Below, piece after piece: positions 1 to 10,211 of a stretch of DNA of 64,000 nt. Location: positions 21,188 to 85,187 of the forward strand of contig CADBOO010000132.1 of the NCBI GenBank assembly GCA_902796225.1, given 5' to 3'. Source of the stretch: an uncultured Ruminococcus sp. Its GTDB lineage: Bacteria; Bacillota; Clostridia; Oscillospirales; Acutalibacteraceae. Below the pieces are notes generated by a model, which saw only the letters and a program-made list of their open reading frames with translations, made no database searches and had not been told where the DNA came from. Positions within the stretch are counted from its first letter, which is position 1; every line of letters starts with the position of its first letter. The translations under genes were made by a program, and so were the position numbers.

Positions 1-86
1 ATTCCGGATTGACTTTCTGCGTACAGGTGCGCTTCTTCTGAGATCTCTTCGAGAACATTGAGATCCGCGATGTTTTGCATTGCCAT
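1..86 (-). CDS. 5' part of a phage tail-region protein (truncated by window edge)
   Basis: ATG at 86 preceded by AAGGGGG; open frame MAMQNIADLNVLEEISEEAHLYAESQSG runs off the window. Confidence 0.6.
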   Translation of the reverse strand, partial: MAMQNIADLNVLEEISEEAHLYAESQSG

Positions 87-100
87 TCATATTCCCCCTT

Positions 101-1540
101 TTAGATGATCGCGATATAGTTATAGGTCACACCGTTCGAGTTCATCCCGAGCTGAGCGCCTGTTCCGCTTACGGATCCGCTGTAGTTACTGACAAAGCTG
201 ACATAATCCGCACCCCATGTAATATCGAGATTGAGATACTTTGTCGTGCCTTTTACAGCATAGAAACCGGCGCCTTCTTCTGCCGCTGTCATATTCCCTG
301 TATTTGCCCGCGTGACCATGATCATTTTCGGCTCACCGGCAAATTCCAGCTTTACAGGATTCGTCGTGCTGCCGTTACCGGTATAACTTCCGTTAACCAT
401 GATCGGCACACCCTTGCTGTGAACTCGATCGCAGAGATCCTGATTATATGACGCATCAGTATTCTTTCCGGTACCGCCTGCGGCGACCGGCAGAGTGCCG
501 AACTCGGGAGCTGTGGCACCGTGCGCATGGAAGAAGGCACCTTCGCCGTCCAGTTCTGATATCTCCGAACCGTCGGAAACAAGTACGCCGCCTTGCAGTT
601 CCCGCAATCCTGTACCACCATATTCTGCAGGAAGCGCTCCGAAAGAAGGCCCCACCTCTCCATCACAGTACATAGCACCTCTGCCATATACAGATGTGAG
701 CCTGTTTCCATTGCCGACCAACACACATCCAACATCCCATTGTGTATGGCCGGTACCGCCTTTTGACACTGGCAAAGTCCCTGTAAATCCGGTTGAACCG
801 TGTGTATGTTCCGCAGGAGCCGCGCCGACCTGATCATAAGTAACCTCATGGGGATTCGCACGGCTCTTCAGGTGGGTTATCACCAACTCGACAACTGATT
901 TCAGTTTACCGAAAAGAGTCTTTAAGGTATTGCCGCTGTTCAGTTTTAGGTTATTCAGATTCGCGGATGACGCAGCCGTAAACGTAGGCGGCATATCGTC
1001 AACCTTATAATTCTCTACGTTTCCAAGCCCGATCTGAGCTTTTGTAACGCCGTGAGGATTGTTGTCGGCGTCAACATGGTACTGGAATTCAGTACGCGGG
1101 ACGTATTCGACAGAAGCGTTTACGATCGCGGCGATATTCTCCGCCTCTCCGACGGTGATCGTTGGCGCGATCTTGATCTCCTTGCTGCGAACACCGGCGG
1201 CAGGGATATAGTCGGCGGTCGCGGGATCCTCGATGATATACGCATATAAGACTTCCGACAAGGCGTCATCCATATCCTGTGCGAATATTCCGTACTCCGT
1301 AACCTTGAAGCCAGCATTGAGACCCGCGTTTGTCGTTTCGCATTGGAGCGAAACGTAACCGTCTGCAATCGTCGCCGCATTGATGTCAATCATCATCTGC
1401 GTCGTAACCAGTCCTGTCGCTTGTTTTGGATTCGCGGGTGGGGCGCCGCTGCCGATGGCGACATGGGTAAAGATCAACTGCTCACCTTTCAATGCCCGGA
1501 GAAGCAATTCCATACCGCCGAAGGTAAGAATAGGCGTCAT
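101..1540 (-). CDS. Tail fibre protein
   Basis: N-terminal baseplate-attachment motifs (FTHVAIGSG, TEYGIFA), NPHxVT repeats, three GxLPxxxGGTG repeats; follows baseplate genes. Confidence 0.85.
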   Translation of the reverse strand: MTPILTFGGMELLLRALKGEQLIFTHVAIGSGAPPANPKQATGLVTTQMMIDINAATIADGYVSLQCETTNAGLNAGFKVTEYGIFAQDMDDALSEVLYAYIIEDPATADYIPAAGVRSKEIKIAPTITVGEAENIAAIVNASVEYVPRTEFQYHVDADNNPHGVTKAQIGLGNVENYKVDDMPPTFTAASSANLNNLKLNSGNTLKTLFGKLKSVVELVITHLKSRANPHEVTYDQVGAAPAEHTHGSTGFTGTLPVSKGGTGHTQWDVGCVLVGNGNRLTSVYGRGAMYCDGEVGPSFGALPAEYGGTGLRELQGGVLVSDGSEISELDGEGAFFHAHGATAPEFGTLPVAAGGTGKNTDASYNQDLCDRVHSKGVPIMVNGSYTGNGSTTNPVKLEFAGEPKMIMVTRANTGNMTAAEEGAGFYAVKGTTKYLNLDITWGADYVSFVSNYSGSVSGTGAQLGMNSNGVTYNYIAII

Positions 1541-2217
1541 TATAAATCAGTCCTTTCTGTGTAGAATAAAATGTCGCCGTCAGGCGTTGTCAGCCAATCT
1601 CCATTAGGCATCGTGAGAACGGTTATCGTCGAGAAATCAAAGTCCGGTACCGTAACTACCCCGATGGTGTCTTTTGAATGAATATCAATACCGACCACCA
1701 GAGGAATATTTGGCGCCGGATAAATAAGAACCCTGCTCATCTGAATGTGAGCAGGGATTCGTTTATCAAGCAGATTATAGACGTTTTCCCAATTGGGATT
1801 GACGCCATGCTTCTTCTTAATCTCGATCTGAAGAATGTAGTTGTCGTTCGCGTCCTTCATGTTAAAGGAAACCGATGAATCCTCCTGAGTGAACGCTTTG
1901 ATCAGTGCCTTGATCATCGTCGCTGACACATGGCCAAAGCCGATGAAGTACGAGAGAAGCGTCTGGCGCCGCTCTTCAAGATTATCCGTAAAGGGTGTGA
2001 TCTCAAAGAATTGCTCCATCCGCTCGATCAAATCTGCATGAGCGGTCAGGATAAAGTTGTTATCGATGATTATATCTATCGCTTGGACCAAGCCGTCCGC
2101 AATTGCGCCCTCAGCGCGGAGAATTGCCTGCATTTCCCTTACATCCCGGTAAAAGTCGGGATAAAAAGTCACCAATTCGTCATAGACCGACGGAAGTCTG
2201 TTAGGATTCAGTTGCAT
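1540..2217 (-). CDS. Baseplate protein, YmfQ/DUF2313 (XkdU-like)
   Basis: LEERR and RIPAH motifs; directly downstream of baseplate J. Confidence 0.8.
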   Translation of the reverse strand: MQLNPNRLPSVYDELVTFYPDFYRDVREMQAILRAEGAIADGLVQAIDIIIDNNFILTAHADLIERMEQFFEITPFTDNLEERRQTLLSYFIGFGHVSATMIKALIKAFTQEDSSVSFNMKDANDNYILQIEIKKKHGVNPNWENVYNLLDKRIPAHIQMSRVLIYPAPNIPLVVGIDIHSKDTIGVVTVPDFDFSTITVLTMPNGDWLTTPDGDILFYTERTDL

Positions 2218-3310
2218 ATTGTATATCCACCTGCCCCATTACAGCGACCTTATCAGGCGTTATAGTTTGGAAAGAAGCTGTTCCGGAAGCAGATTGAGAA
2301 TTAACGCCCAATCCCGATAAAGCTTCTACGAATTCCAGTTTATACATTTCAAAGATTATCTCCGAAGTGTATATTTTAAGATTGCTTTCATCAGAAGCAG
2401 CAAGGTTTTTAGCTTTAAGAAATTCTTCAATTGCCGAAGTGACTTTCTCAATAACTTCTGCTTCTGAGTATCCATTTTCAGAATTATATCCAGCCTTCAG
2501 AACAAAACCAAGTATCAGGATATTGATATTGTACGTTCCAGCTTTCGCGGCTGTGAAGTGAGCGCCGAGATTGGCAGCACCTTCCCCTAATCCCAATCCG
2601 TCAGGATCCACATATTCCTGAACTGCAGAAACAACTGTATCTGACACAGGTGTTCCCTCCGGAGAGATAAGCACGCCTTTTACGGTGTTCGGCCCATTCC
2701 AAAGAGGAAGGATTCTAGCCTTGCCTACTCCGTCTATTTCCTCGCACCATGTTTTATAATGTGCTTTGTTTCCGTTTTCTGTGGGACCCCCAATCTTGCG
2801 GCGCAGACGATCGCGGAGATCATCATCGCTTTCTTCGTCTTCACCATATACAAGAATAGCCCCAAACGAGGCAGAATTAAGTCCAGAAATAGAGTTTACC
2901 GGCACCGCTGGTGTTTCATTCTCAATGTGATTAGACGCTTCTCCGGCAGCGTCAGCAACTAATACAAGGATTCCGCTTCTATTCTCAAAAACGAAGTATA
3001 ATCCGTCATAATAGAAGCGACTGCCACCGACCGGCATCGTGCCGTCGTAATGAAACTCATAGACAGCCTTTGTCGCTGGTTTTCTCGTCAAGCCATGCTC
3101 CGAAGCTTTCATATCCAGATACTCGCCGCCCGTCGAATCAATGTAGATCAGCTTAGTGGTTATATCCAGATCGGCATATGTGCGAGCGAAAACTGTTGCC
3201 GCGCCGGCGACCGCGTCATAATAGATACTGCCCTGTCGGGTATCTACATCAGGCGGCGCTTGCGACAGCAAGTCACTGAGAATTTTCTCTTTTGTCATGT
3301 GTTCGAACAT
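2201..3310 (-). CDS. Baseplate J/gp47 protein (XkdT-like)
   Basis: DTRQGSIYYD, GEYLD, ESDDDLRDR, PLWNGPNTVK motifs. Confidence 0.92.
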   Translation of the reverse strand: MFEHMTKEKILSDLLSQAPPDVDTRQGSIYYDAVAGAATVFARTYADLDITTKLIYIDSTGGEYLDMKASEHGLTRKPATKAVYEFHYDGTMPVGGSRFYYDGLYFVFENRSGILVLVADAAGEASNHIENETPAVPVNSISGLNSASFGAILVYGEDEESDDDLRDRLRRKIGGPTENGNKAHYKTWCEEIDGVGKARILPLWNGPNTVKGVLISPEGTPVSDTVVSAVQEYVDPDGLGLGEGAANLGAHFTAAKAGTYNINILILGFVLKAGYNSENGYSEAEVIEKVTSAIEEFLKAKNLAASDESNLKIYTSEIIFEMYKLEFVEALSGLGVNSQSASGTASFQTITPDKVAVMGQVDIQYATES

Positions 3311-3311
3311 A

Positions 3312-3719
3312 TCACAACACCTCGCTTATATAGATTTGACCATATATGGTTTCGGCGGTGAATTCGATATAGCATTCGTCGCCTTGTACTTCTGCCGAAA
3401 AGTCATCGATACCAATAATTCTGCTATCAACGAGGAGCGCATCACGGACAAACCCCTCTGAAGACGACTTGATAAAGTCAACACTTGCATCTTTCGCTAT
3501 GATTACGTCTGACAGTTCATTCCCATACTGATCGTTGTAGATAAGGCAATTAAAACGCGGCGTCAGCAAAATCTTGAGGATCGCCTGCATGACCGCGTCT
3601 TTGCCGTCTACAATTCCGATGATTCTGCCGTTCTCGAGATCAAGCCCGTAGGTCTTTGTAGGCTTTTCCTGTTCCTCGATGACCTTGTCGATCGCCAGCG
3701 GTGTATAAACCTGTTCCAA
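3312..3719 (-). CDS. Baseplate wedge protein DUF2634 (XkdS-like)
   Basis: DGKDAVMQAILKILLTPRF, IYxxxYGNEL, DALLVDSRI, TIYG motifs. Confidence 0.85.
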   Translation of the reverse strand: MEQVYTPLAIDKVIEEQEKPTKTYGLDLENGRIIGIVDGKDAVMQAILKILLTPRFNCLIYNDQYGNELSDVIIAKDASVDFIKSSSEGFVRDALLVDSRIIGIDDFSAEVQGDECYIEFTAETIYGQIYISEVL

Positions 3720-3723
3720 TTCA

Positions 3724-4440
3724 TCACACCCTTCCTAAGACGTAGTAGATTTTTCCTTGTCCTACAGATAACAGGTGGACAAGCTCGTTGACTTTAAGGG
3801 AATCATCAATCTTGATCTTGACTTTTTTCATCCTTATTTTGAGATCATGCTTATGAGGATCAATGCTGTGCGTGTGGTCGTTGAGGCTGTGTGTATGGTC
3901 ATTTAGGCTATGTGAGTGATCCCCAATGCTATGGGTATGATCGTTGAGGCTGTGACTATGAGAGCTTACTGAATGCGTATGGCCATCCAAAGAATGATTA
4001 TGCCAGTAATCGGTACCCCCGATATTTTGAGTGATTGTTCCTGTAACCCCAGAACCTCCTTCGCCCGTATTTCCTCCACCACCATCACCTGTATTGCCGG
4101 AAGCGGCTCCGGTAGTTCCGGATGATGTTCCGGTATTGCCAGATGAAGCACCAGTATTTGATGTAGACGGTCCTTTTGTCGGAGAGGTTCCGCCGTTTTC
4201 CGTTTTACCGTCAATATAGGCGCTGGTTGAATCCTTATTACCGTCAATATCAATGATCTCGATTTCCTTTTCTCTCTCAGTCAGATACTCCGGGACGATA
4301 ATCAGATCGGACGGGAGATTGATCATCGCGTCGTTGACGAGGGCGATCCGCAGAGGCTTCGCAGAAGTCACAAACCCCTGTACGACCGTGGTCTTCTCGC
4401 CGTTCATCGCCTGTATCAGTTCTTTAATGCTGTCAGCCAA
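3724..4440 (-). CDS. Spike protein DUF2577 (XkdR-like) with His-rich insertion
   Basis: GFVTSAKPLRI start, LKVNELVHLL...YYVLGRV end; internal Gly/Thr/Ser tract and HxHSLND repeats. Confidence 0.75.
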   Translation of the reverse strand: MADSIKELIQAMNGEKTTVVQGFVTSAKPLRIALVNDAMINLPSDLIIVPEYLTEREKEIEIIDIDGNKDSTSAYIDGKTENGGTSPTKGPSTSNTGASSGNTGTSSGTTGAASGNTGDGGGGNTGEGGSGVTGTITQNIGGTDYWHNHSLDGHTHSVSSHSHSLNDHTHSIGDHSHSLNDHTHSLNDHTHSIDPHKHDLKIRMKKVKIKIDDSLKVNELVHLLSVGQGKIYYVLGRV

Positions 4441-4454
4441 GTATAATCACCTCA

Positions 4455-5447
4455 TCAAGTAAACTCAGAATCGCTAAGTTTATTCAACGAAAGCGACATC
4501 TTGTGATAATCGTCTGTAAAGGTATGTGTATCGGAGTCGACGTAATAGGTCTTGCTCAGTCCGAGCGACGGCATAACGATATAGACCGCTACGCCGGAGA
4601 TCACATCGGGAATACCGAGCGCGTCCACCTTGATCGTTTCTTCCGTCTGCCCCAACTGCTTCATCTTCGTTTTCGTGCGCTCGATTGCCTGCGCTTCACT
4701 CAGCGTATCGCTGGAAGATTCAACCTCCTGCATGATACCGAGCGCCGATTCCAAGCCGTTATAGATCGTCCATGCTGTGACGGTGTCCTCTTTCGAGAAC
4801 AGCTTGTATCGTGTGCGCAGCTTCTCGATCGACACGGTGCGCGTATAGCTGATGATGTTTCCGGCGCTGTCAAGCACCCATTGAACGACGTTGTCAATGC
4901 GGCGGCGAAGGCGAAGATAATCACGGTCAGAGTCAATATAATACTTATTGCCGGTCGCCTCATATTGCGACTTCATCGCTTTTGTGAGGATATCCCATGC
5001 CGTCGTCTTCGTCTTGGAGATCGTCGGGATAATATACGACGTCTGGTAGATTTCAGAACAGCGCAAACCGAACTTATACGCAATATCCGAGAATATCTGC
5101 GACAGCGTGCAATTTTCGTAGATAAAGCTCTCCTTGTTATTGGAGAGATATATCCCCATGTCATACGCCTTGTAAGTAGTTTTATTGCTGTTGGTATTCG
5201 TCTTTTTGAAGATGACGCCGCGAAACAGCTCCTTACCGTCCCATGTGAAGATGCACCGATACCCTTTCAGCAGGTCGATATTCAGTCGGGATTCACCCGA
5301 TTCTTCGTTATCGAGCAGGGTGATTTCAAGAGAGCGGGAAGCCGATCCTTTACGTCCGGACAGGACGACCTGAGAAACAAGCTGAGAGATATCCGAACCG
5401 ACGGTGCTGTTCGCACGAATGACGGTCAGACCTAAACGTGTAGCCAT
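4455..5447 (-). CDS. Baseplate hub protein (XkdQ-like)
   Basis: LFRGVIF, AYDMGIYL, YYVDSDTHTF motifs; lies after the LysM gene. Confidence 0.85.
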   Translation of the reverse strand: MATRLGLTVIRANSTVGSDISQLVSQVVLSGRKGSASRSLEITLLDNEESGESRLNIDLLKGYRCIFTWDGKELFRGVIFKKTNTNSNKTTYKAYDMGIYLSNNKESFIYENCTLSQIFSDIAYKFGLRCSEIYQTSYIIPTISKTKTTAWDILTKAMKSQYEATGNKYYIDSDRDYLRLRRRIDNVVQWVLDSAGNIISYTRTVSIEKLRTRYKLFSKEDTVTAWTIYNGLESALGIMQEVESSSDTLSEAQAIERTKTKMKQLGQTEETIKVDALGIPDVISGVAVYIVMPSLGLSKTYYVDSDTHTFTDDYHKMSLSLNKLSDSEFT

Positions 5448-5464
5448 AGTTTCTCCCCCTTCTT

Positions 5465-6115
5465 TTACGGAATGGTCAGCACCTGTCCGGTGTAAATGAT
5501 ATAGTCAGCGCGGATCTTATCGCGGTTCGCGTTGTAGATCGTCTTGAACTTCGTCCCATCTCCATACATTTCCACGGCGATCGTCCACAAGCAGTCGCCG
5601 GTCTTCACCGTGTAGGTATTGGGGCGCGTGCGGTTGTTTGTGCGGTTTCCGTTGTTATGTACGGTCGCGGTCGTACCGCCGACGGTCACGGTTCTGGTAG
5701 ACGTATTGCGCCACTCCTTGAGCTCGATGGTACAATGGAGGGCGCCGGGATCGTCGGCTTTGTATTCTTTTGTCAGTTTTGTTATTCTGGCGTAGAAATC
5801 GATATTGAGACCAGTTACGATAAAATGAATCGGCTTTAGGCTCTCTTTCCATTTTGTCAGCGCCTCAAAGGCCTTGAATGGAGGCACGATCCTGTTTTTC
5901 GGCAAGCCGGGATAACTGCTGAACGGAAAGATCACAGAGAAAGAAGTAGTAAGGAGAGGTCTGTTCTTTGCAATCAGAACCTCTCCCAGATCTACGATCT
6001 CTATTGTGCTGTCTTTGGATCCGATGGATATCGAGAACTTGTCCGGAGGGACAGGAAAGAGCAGCTTTTCACGACCGGCGTTGAAAGTCAGCCACATTTC
6101 ACACTTAGTAATCAT
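5465..6115 (-). CDS. LysM-domain tail tube initiator (XkdP-like)
   Basis: C-terminal LysM YTVKTGDCLWTIA...IYTGQVLTIP; start moved to the ATG at 6115 after GAAGGAG. Confidence 0.88.
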   Translation of the reverse strand: MITKCEMWLTFNAGREKLLFPVPPDKFSISIGSKDSTIEIVDLGEVLIAKNRPLLTTSFSVIFPFSSYPGLPKNRIVPPFKAFEALTKWKESLKPIHFIVTGLNIDFYARITKLTKEYKADDPGALHCTIELKEWRNTSTRTVTVGGTTATVHNNGNRTNNRTRPNTYTVKTGDCLWTIAVEMYGDGTKFKTIYNANRDKIRADYIIYTGQVLTIP

Positions 6116-9100
6116 AGCTGTCATCTCCTTCCTCAGCCATCTCATCCTCGAGAATCGACATCATGATCGGCTTCGCCTGCTCCACCATAATGGCGACGAC
6201 GTCTTCCTTCGATGTAGAACCGTCCACCTTGATGGATCCTGCTCCGTTGATGTTCAAGGTGATCGTCTTCTCGCTCTTCGAGGAGCCGCCGTCAGAATCA
6301 GAATAGGTAGCCGTCGGCAGAGAATCGGGAATACCGCCATTATTCGAGGAATTCTTGATGATCTCAGCGGTTTCGTCAGCCGGGACAACCTCTTCCCCGC
6401 CTTTGAACAGCACCAGTTCCGGTCCGTTCTCACCAACGACATGGACGCCGGCGGTCGCGTAATCGGTACCGAGGGCGTAGCCCGTATGACCGTATGCTCT
6501 CGCGCCAACGCCGAAATTCTTAGGTGTACTCGGTTCGGCTGTCTGTGCATAAGGATTCGTCACATTCGGAGTTGCTGTCGCGTTCGTATTTCCTTGATTC
6601 AAAGCAGCCTGTACTCCGTCGGCGGTAGCTTTCGCCGCATCTATCGCATCCTGCATTCCGGATTTGATTCCCTTGACGTAAGCGTTGATAGTATCCTTTG
6701 CTGCTTTCTCCGAATCTTTTGACATATCCATGTCCTCAACAGCTTTTTCCATATCCTTTTGGATCTTCGCTAGCCGTTCGGAAAAATCTGTCTGCCAGTC
6801 GGCAACAGTCTCAGCAGTTGCCTTCTGTTGTTCTTGGACCTCATTATAGGTTTTTGCAAGTTCATTTACGGATTCCGTATCGCCATTCTTGATTTTTTGC
6901 GCCATACTTTGAGCCAGACCGGCAGCCTCTTCGGATCCATCTTGCAGTTCTGCCAAGAACGTTTTCAGCTCGTCTTTGGTCATTCCTAAGCTCTTGATGT
7001 ATCCGTTTTTGTCTGCTGTTTTTTCCAATGACTCCATATACTCTTTTATGTCGGCAATATTGTCATTGTAAGTCGTCCAGTATTCAAGCTGAGAATCCAA
7101 TGCTTTCTGAGCAGCGTCAACGGTGGATTTTTCGAAGGTTGTTTCGCTCTCGTCGCCTGTATGGTACATCTTCGCCTCTTCAAACAGAGAGAATTGCCCC
7201 GCATAGCTCGATTTCGCGGCTTCGTAGGCATTATAGTATTCTGTGCAGAGATCCTTAAGCGCCTCTGATTGTGTTTCAATAGCATTTGTAGCCGCTGTAG
7301 CGGAATCTTCCGGATGCTTATAAGCGTTCTCTGCGGCCTCTGCGATCTCCTGCCATTGAAGTTCAATATCATCCATTGTTTTTTTAGCAGAATTATAAGC
7401 ATTTTTATAGTCATTATACCCTTCTTTTGCTTTCTTCAGCGAGGGATCTTGCGCCTCAGCCCAAGCAGAATCCACAGAATAATACCCACCTGGTACAGTT
7501 GCTCCGCTTCCCATGGCTCCTTGTGGCTCATAATACTTATACCATCCAGCCTTTCCCCCATCCGGTGAACCTTTAGCATAATACTTGAAGCCAAGATCTT
7601 TTAATTTTTTTTCATACTCACTTTTACCCGCTTTAAGGTTATTTTCTTGGTTTTCTAATTCTGCTTTTGCTGGGCCATACTGTTTTATCAGTTCTTGTTG
7701 CTTTTGTACCTTGTAGTACGCTTCTGCAACATTTTTTAAAGTCCCAACATAATCAGCTCCGCCATTAACAACATCTTCAAAATTCAAAGACAATCCCGGC
7801 AGTTCATTATTGAGTTCTTCGATTACTGCCTTGATATTCTTCTCCGAAGCCGCTGTTTTATCGTTGACCGCGACAAGATCTTCAAGTTTCTGGATCAAAG
7901 CATATACAGATGTTTTTTGATCATCAATAGATTTCATGCTCTCTTTGTAATCTTTGAATTTTTGCTCTGCCTCATCTGCATTTTCTTTTGCTGCTTCTAC
8001 ATAATCGTCCATCGTCTTAGCGCTGCCCTCATAGGCTTCGGTTAAATCGTCAATCTGATATTTTAACGTGGATGCTTCTTTAGAGTTTTCGCCGTATTTC
8101 TCAACGGCTTTGTCGTATTTGTCATTCAGGTTATCGAGTTCCTTCGCCTGCTCTTTAGCTGTCGCAGTTAATTCCTTTCCGGGATCCTCAGCAGACATAA
8201 AAGCTGCCGCAAGTGCTCCTACTGCAACCGCAACCAATCCAATAATCGGTAACGCTGTACTAGCAGCAGCACCAAATGCAGTAGTTACAGCAGTTGCAAT
8301 CTTAGTTGCGATTGTATATGTTGCAACTACAGCTGCAAATGTACCGAGCGCAACTGCGATACCTGTTATTACCTTCACTATCCACGGATGCTTCTTGATT
8401 ACCTCAGATGCGCCGTCGAGAACCTTTGACACAAAGTTATACAATTTCTGCAAAGAAGGATTGAGTTGCTGTCCGATAGACACTTTCAGATTCTCCGCAC
8501 TGTTCTTCATCTTATTGTGGGCGAATTCGGTGGTTTTCCCCATGATCTCATATGCTTTCGCCGTCGCGCCGGAGCTGTTTTTCAATGCGTCGAGGTTACT
8601 GTTGAATGTTTCCAAGCCCTGATTGACGATCGCCGCAGACGCGACGCCTGCGGTCTGACTTCCCCAAAGGTTCATCATAGCCTCGGAGTTCTTGCCCGCC
8701 TTGTTATAGATTATTTCAAGGACGTCTGCGAGTGACTTTCCTGAGTTCATCAGTTCACCGAAAGACTGTCCTGTTTCTTCTTTCAAAATCTTCGCTACAT
8801 TGGAGCTGGAATTACCCAGTTCGTTGATCATAGCGTTAATATATGTCGTACCCTCTTGCGTGCTGATACCGGCTTTTGTGACAGAGATATACGCCGATTC
8901 AAGGTTATTGAGGGAAACGTTATACGCTGCGGCTGTGGATATTGATTTACCCATACTGCTGGCGAGCTCACCTACGGTCGTGACGCCAAGATTCTGGACG
9001 GTGATCAGACTGTCTGTGATGTCAGTCGCCGAGCCTGCAGCTTTGCCGTAGCTGTTTGTTGCTGTAGTTAATACCGACAGCGCCGATGACGAGGAAGTAA

Positions 9101-10010
9101 AGCCTGCCGTCGCCAGTTTATTCGCTGCTTCTGTCGTTTCTCCCGCCTTCTCAATTGCTGTACCGGCGGATATAGCATTGTATGCTACTTCATATAAATC
9201 TTCCTGTGCCTGTCCGGATGCCGCCGAGATCGTGTAGATCTGATCGGACAGCATATCCATATTATTGGATCCTGCGAGCGTCTCAAGCTTTGCCGCAGAG
9301 GTCTCGACTATTTCAGCCGCCGATGAACACTCCAATAACGACGCAGTTATTTCTTTGACCATCTTCGCGATACCTGCCGCCGCAAGCACAGATTCGAGCG
9401 ATTCTATCGCGTTTCCGGTCCTATCGCCGAATTCTTTTCCTTTATCTGCGGCGTCTTCGGCTTCTTCCGCAAAATCATCCAACTTTTTACCCGCCTTCTC
9501 CGACGCTTCTTCGAGGTCAAGTGCTGCACTAGCGCCCTTATCAAACGCCTCGAATAGTTCTCTTGTCGCTGTGTCGAGCTGTTCTTCTGCCGATTGTAGT
9601 TCCTCGGCGGTGGATGCACTATTACTTACTGTCTTTTCGTAGTTCTGTGCCGCTTTATTCGCATTGGTCATTGCCTGTTCAAGGTTTTCCTGCGCTTCCT
9701 TCGCGGCGTCAAGTTTGGTTGAATATTCAAAGGTAGTAGCGGCTGTCTTGCCCTCTGCCTTCTCCATAGAGCTGAGTTGCTTTTCTCCGCGCTGTACCGC
9801 GTTGGCGAGCTGTTCCGCATTACCCTCGAAATTCTTGTAAACCGAAGCAAGTTTAGACGCGCTGGACTGATTACGAGAAAACGCCTTATCAGCTTTCGAT
9901 GCAGAAGACTCGATTTTGCTCATTGCTTTATCGCCGAGAGTACCAATACGATCGAAGCGATCGCTCATCTGGTCTGCAAGTTTGAATATAGCGGAAATCT
10001 TTACTGCCAT
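6105..10010 (-). CDS. Tail tape measure protein
   Basis: 1301 aa Ala-rich helical protein with TP901-type core, hydrophobic segments and the C-terminal GYALGT...VGENGPEL motif. Confidence 0.93.
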   Translation of the reverse strand: MAVKISAIFKLADQMSDRFDRIGTLGDKAMSKIESSASKADKAFSRNQSSASKLASVYKNFEGNAEQLANAVQRGEKQLSSMEKAEGKTAATTFEYSTKLDAAKEAQENLEQAMTNANKAAQNYEKTVSNSASTAEELQSAEEQLDTATRELFEAFDKGASAALDLEEASEKAGKKLDDFAEEAEDAADKGKEFGDRTGNAIESLESVLAAAGIAKMVKEITASLLECSSAAEIVETSAAKLETLAGSNNMDMLSDQIYTISAASGQAQEDLYEVAYNAISAGTAIEKAGETTEAANKLATAGFTSSSSALSVLTTATNSYGKAAGSATDITDSLITVQNLGVTTVGELASSMGKSISTAAAYNVSLNNLESAYISVTKAGISTQEGTTYINAMINELGNSSSNVAKILKEETGQSFGELMNSGKSLADVLEIIYNKAGKNSEAMMNLWGSQTAGVASAAIVNQGLETFNSNLDALKNSSGATAKAYEIMGKTTEFAHNKMKNSAENLKVSIGQQLNPSLQKLYNFVSKVLDGASEVIKKHPWIVKVITGIAVALGTFAAVVATYTIATKIATAVTTAFGAAASTALPIIGLVAVAVGALAAAFMSAEDPGKELTATAKEQAKELDNLNDKYDKAVEKYGENSKEASTLKYQIDDLTEAYEGSAKTMDDYVEAAKENADEAEQKFKDYKESMKSIDDQKTSVYALIQKLEDLVAVNDKTAASEKNIKAVIEELNNELPGLSLNFEDVVNGGADYVGTLKNVAEAYYKVQKQQELIKQYGPAKAELENQENNLKAGKSEYEKKLKDLGFKYYAKGSPDGGKAGWYKYYEPQGAMGSGATVPGGYYSVDSAWAEAQDPSLKKAKEGYNDYKNAYNSAKKTMDDIELQWQEIAEAAENAYKHPEDSATAATNAIETQSEALKDLCTEYYNAYEAAKSSYAGQFSLFEEAKMYHTGDESETTFEKSTVDAAQKALDSQLEYWTTYNDNIADIKEYMESLEKTADKNGYIKSLGMTKDELKTFLAELQDGSEEAAGLAQSMAQKIKNGDTESVNELAKTYNEVQEQQKATAETVADWQTDFSERLAKIQKDMEKAVEDMDMSKDSEKAAKDTINAYVKGIKSGMQDAIDAAKATADGVQAALNQGNTNATATPNVTNPYAQTAEPSTPKNFGVGARAYGHTGYALGTDYATAGVHVVGENGPELVLFKGGEEVVPADETAEIIKNSSNNGGIPDSLPTATYSDSDGGSSKSEKTITLNINGAGSIKVDGSTSKEDVVAIMVEQAKPIMMSILEDEMAEEGDDSYDY

Positions 10011-10028
10011 ACTACAGCCGCTCCTTCC

Positions 10029-10211
10029 TTAGAATAGTTTTATCGGATAATCTTTTCGGCAAGGATGTTCGCCCTCTATCATTTCGGAAGCGACGTAGAA
10101 TACCCTTGTTTGCAAGGGCAACCCTATAAACACTTCCGGTCGTAGGTGATGGCGTTGCCAGATCACATGCGCCCAATACGCCCATGTGTCTTTATCCTTA
10201 CCCCAGATTAG
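10029..10211 (-). CDS. Tail assembly chaperone, -1 frameshift extension (not in ORF track)
   Basis: Slippery A AAA AAC precedes the chaperone TAA; the -1 frame is open for 60 codons (LIWGKDKDTWAYWAHVIWQRHHLRPEVF...FYVASE...KLF*) and ends at the tape-measure RBS. Confidence 0.85.
   Translation of the reverse strand, partial: LIWGKDKDTWAYWAHVIWQRHHLRPEVFIGLPLQTRVFYVASEMIEGEHPCRKDYPIKLF

Noticed and set aside
101-1540. Diversity-generating retroelement target in the tail fibre
   Set aside because: No reverse transcriptase and no adenine-variant template repeat seen in this window; the region left of the window cannot be assessed.
4503-5435. Long opposite-strand ORFs (also 15420-16376, 57984-59012 and similar)
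   Set aside because: Antisense shadows of well-supported genes, with no recognisable domains.
7330-8460. AT-richer stretch inside the tape-measure gene as an intron or insertion element
   Set aside because: The frame is continuous with no terminal repeats or splicing/intein motifs; more likely mosaic recombination, and I did not quantify the GC shift.
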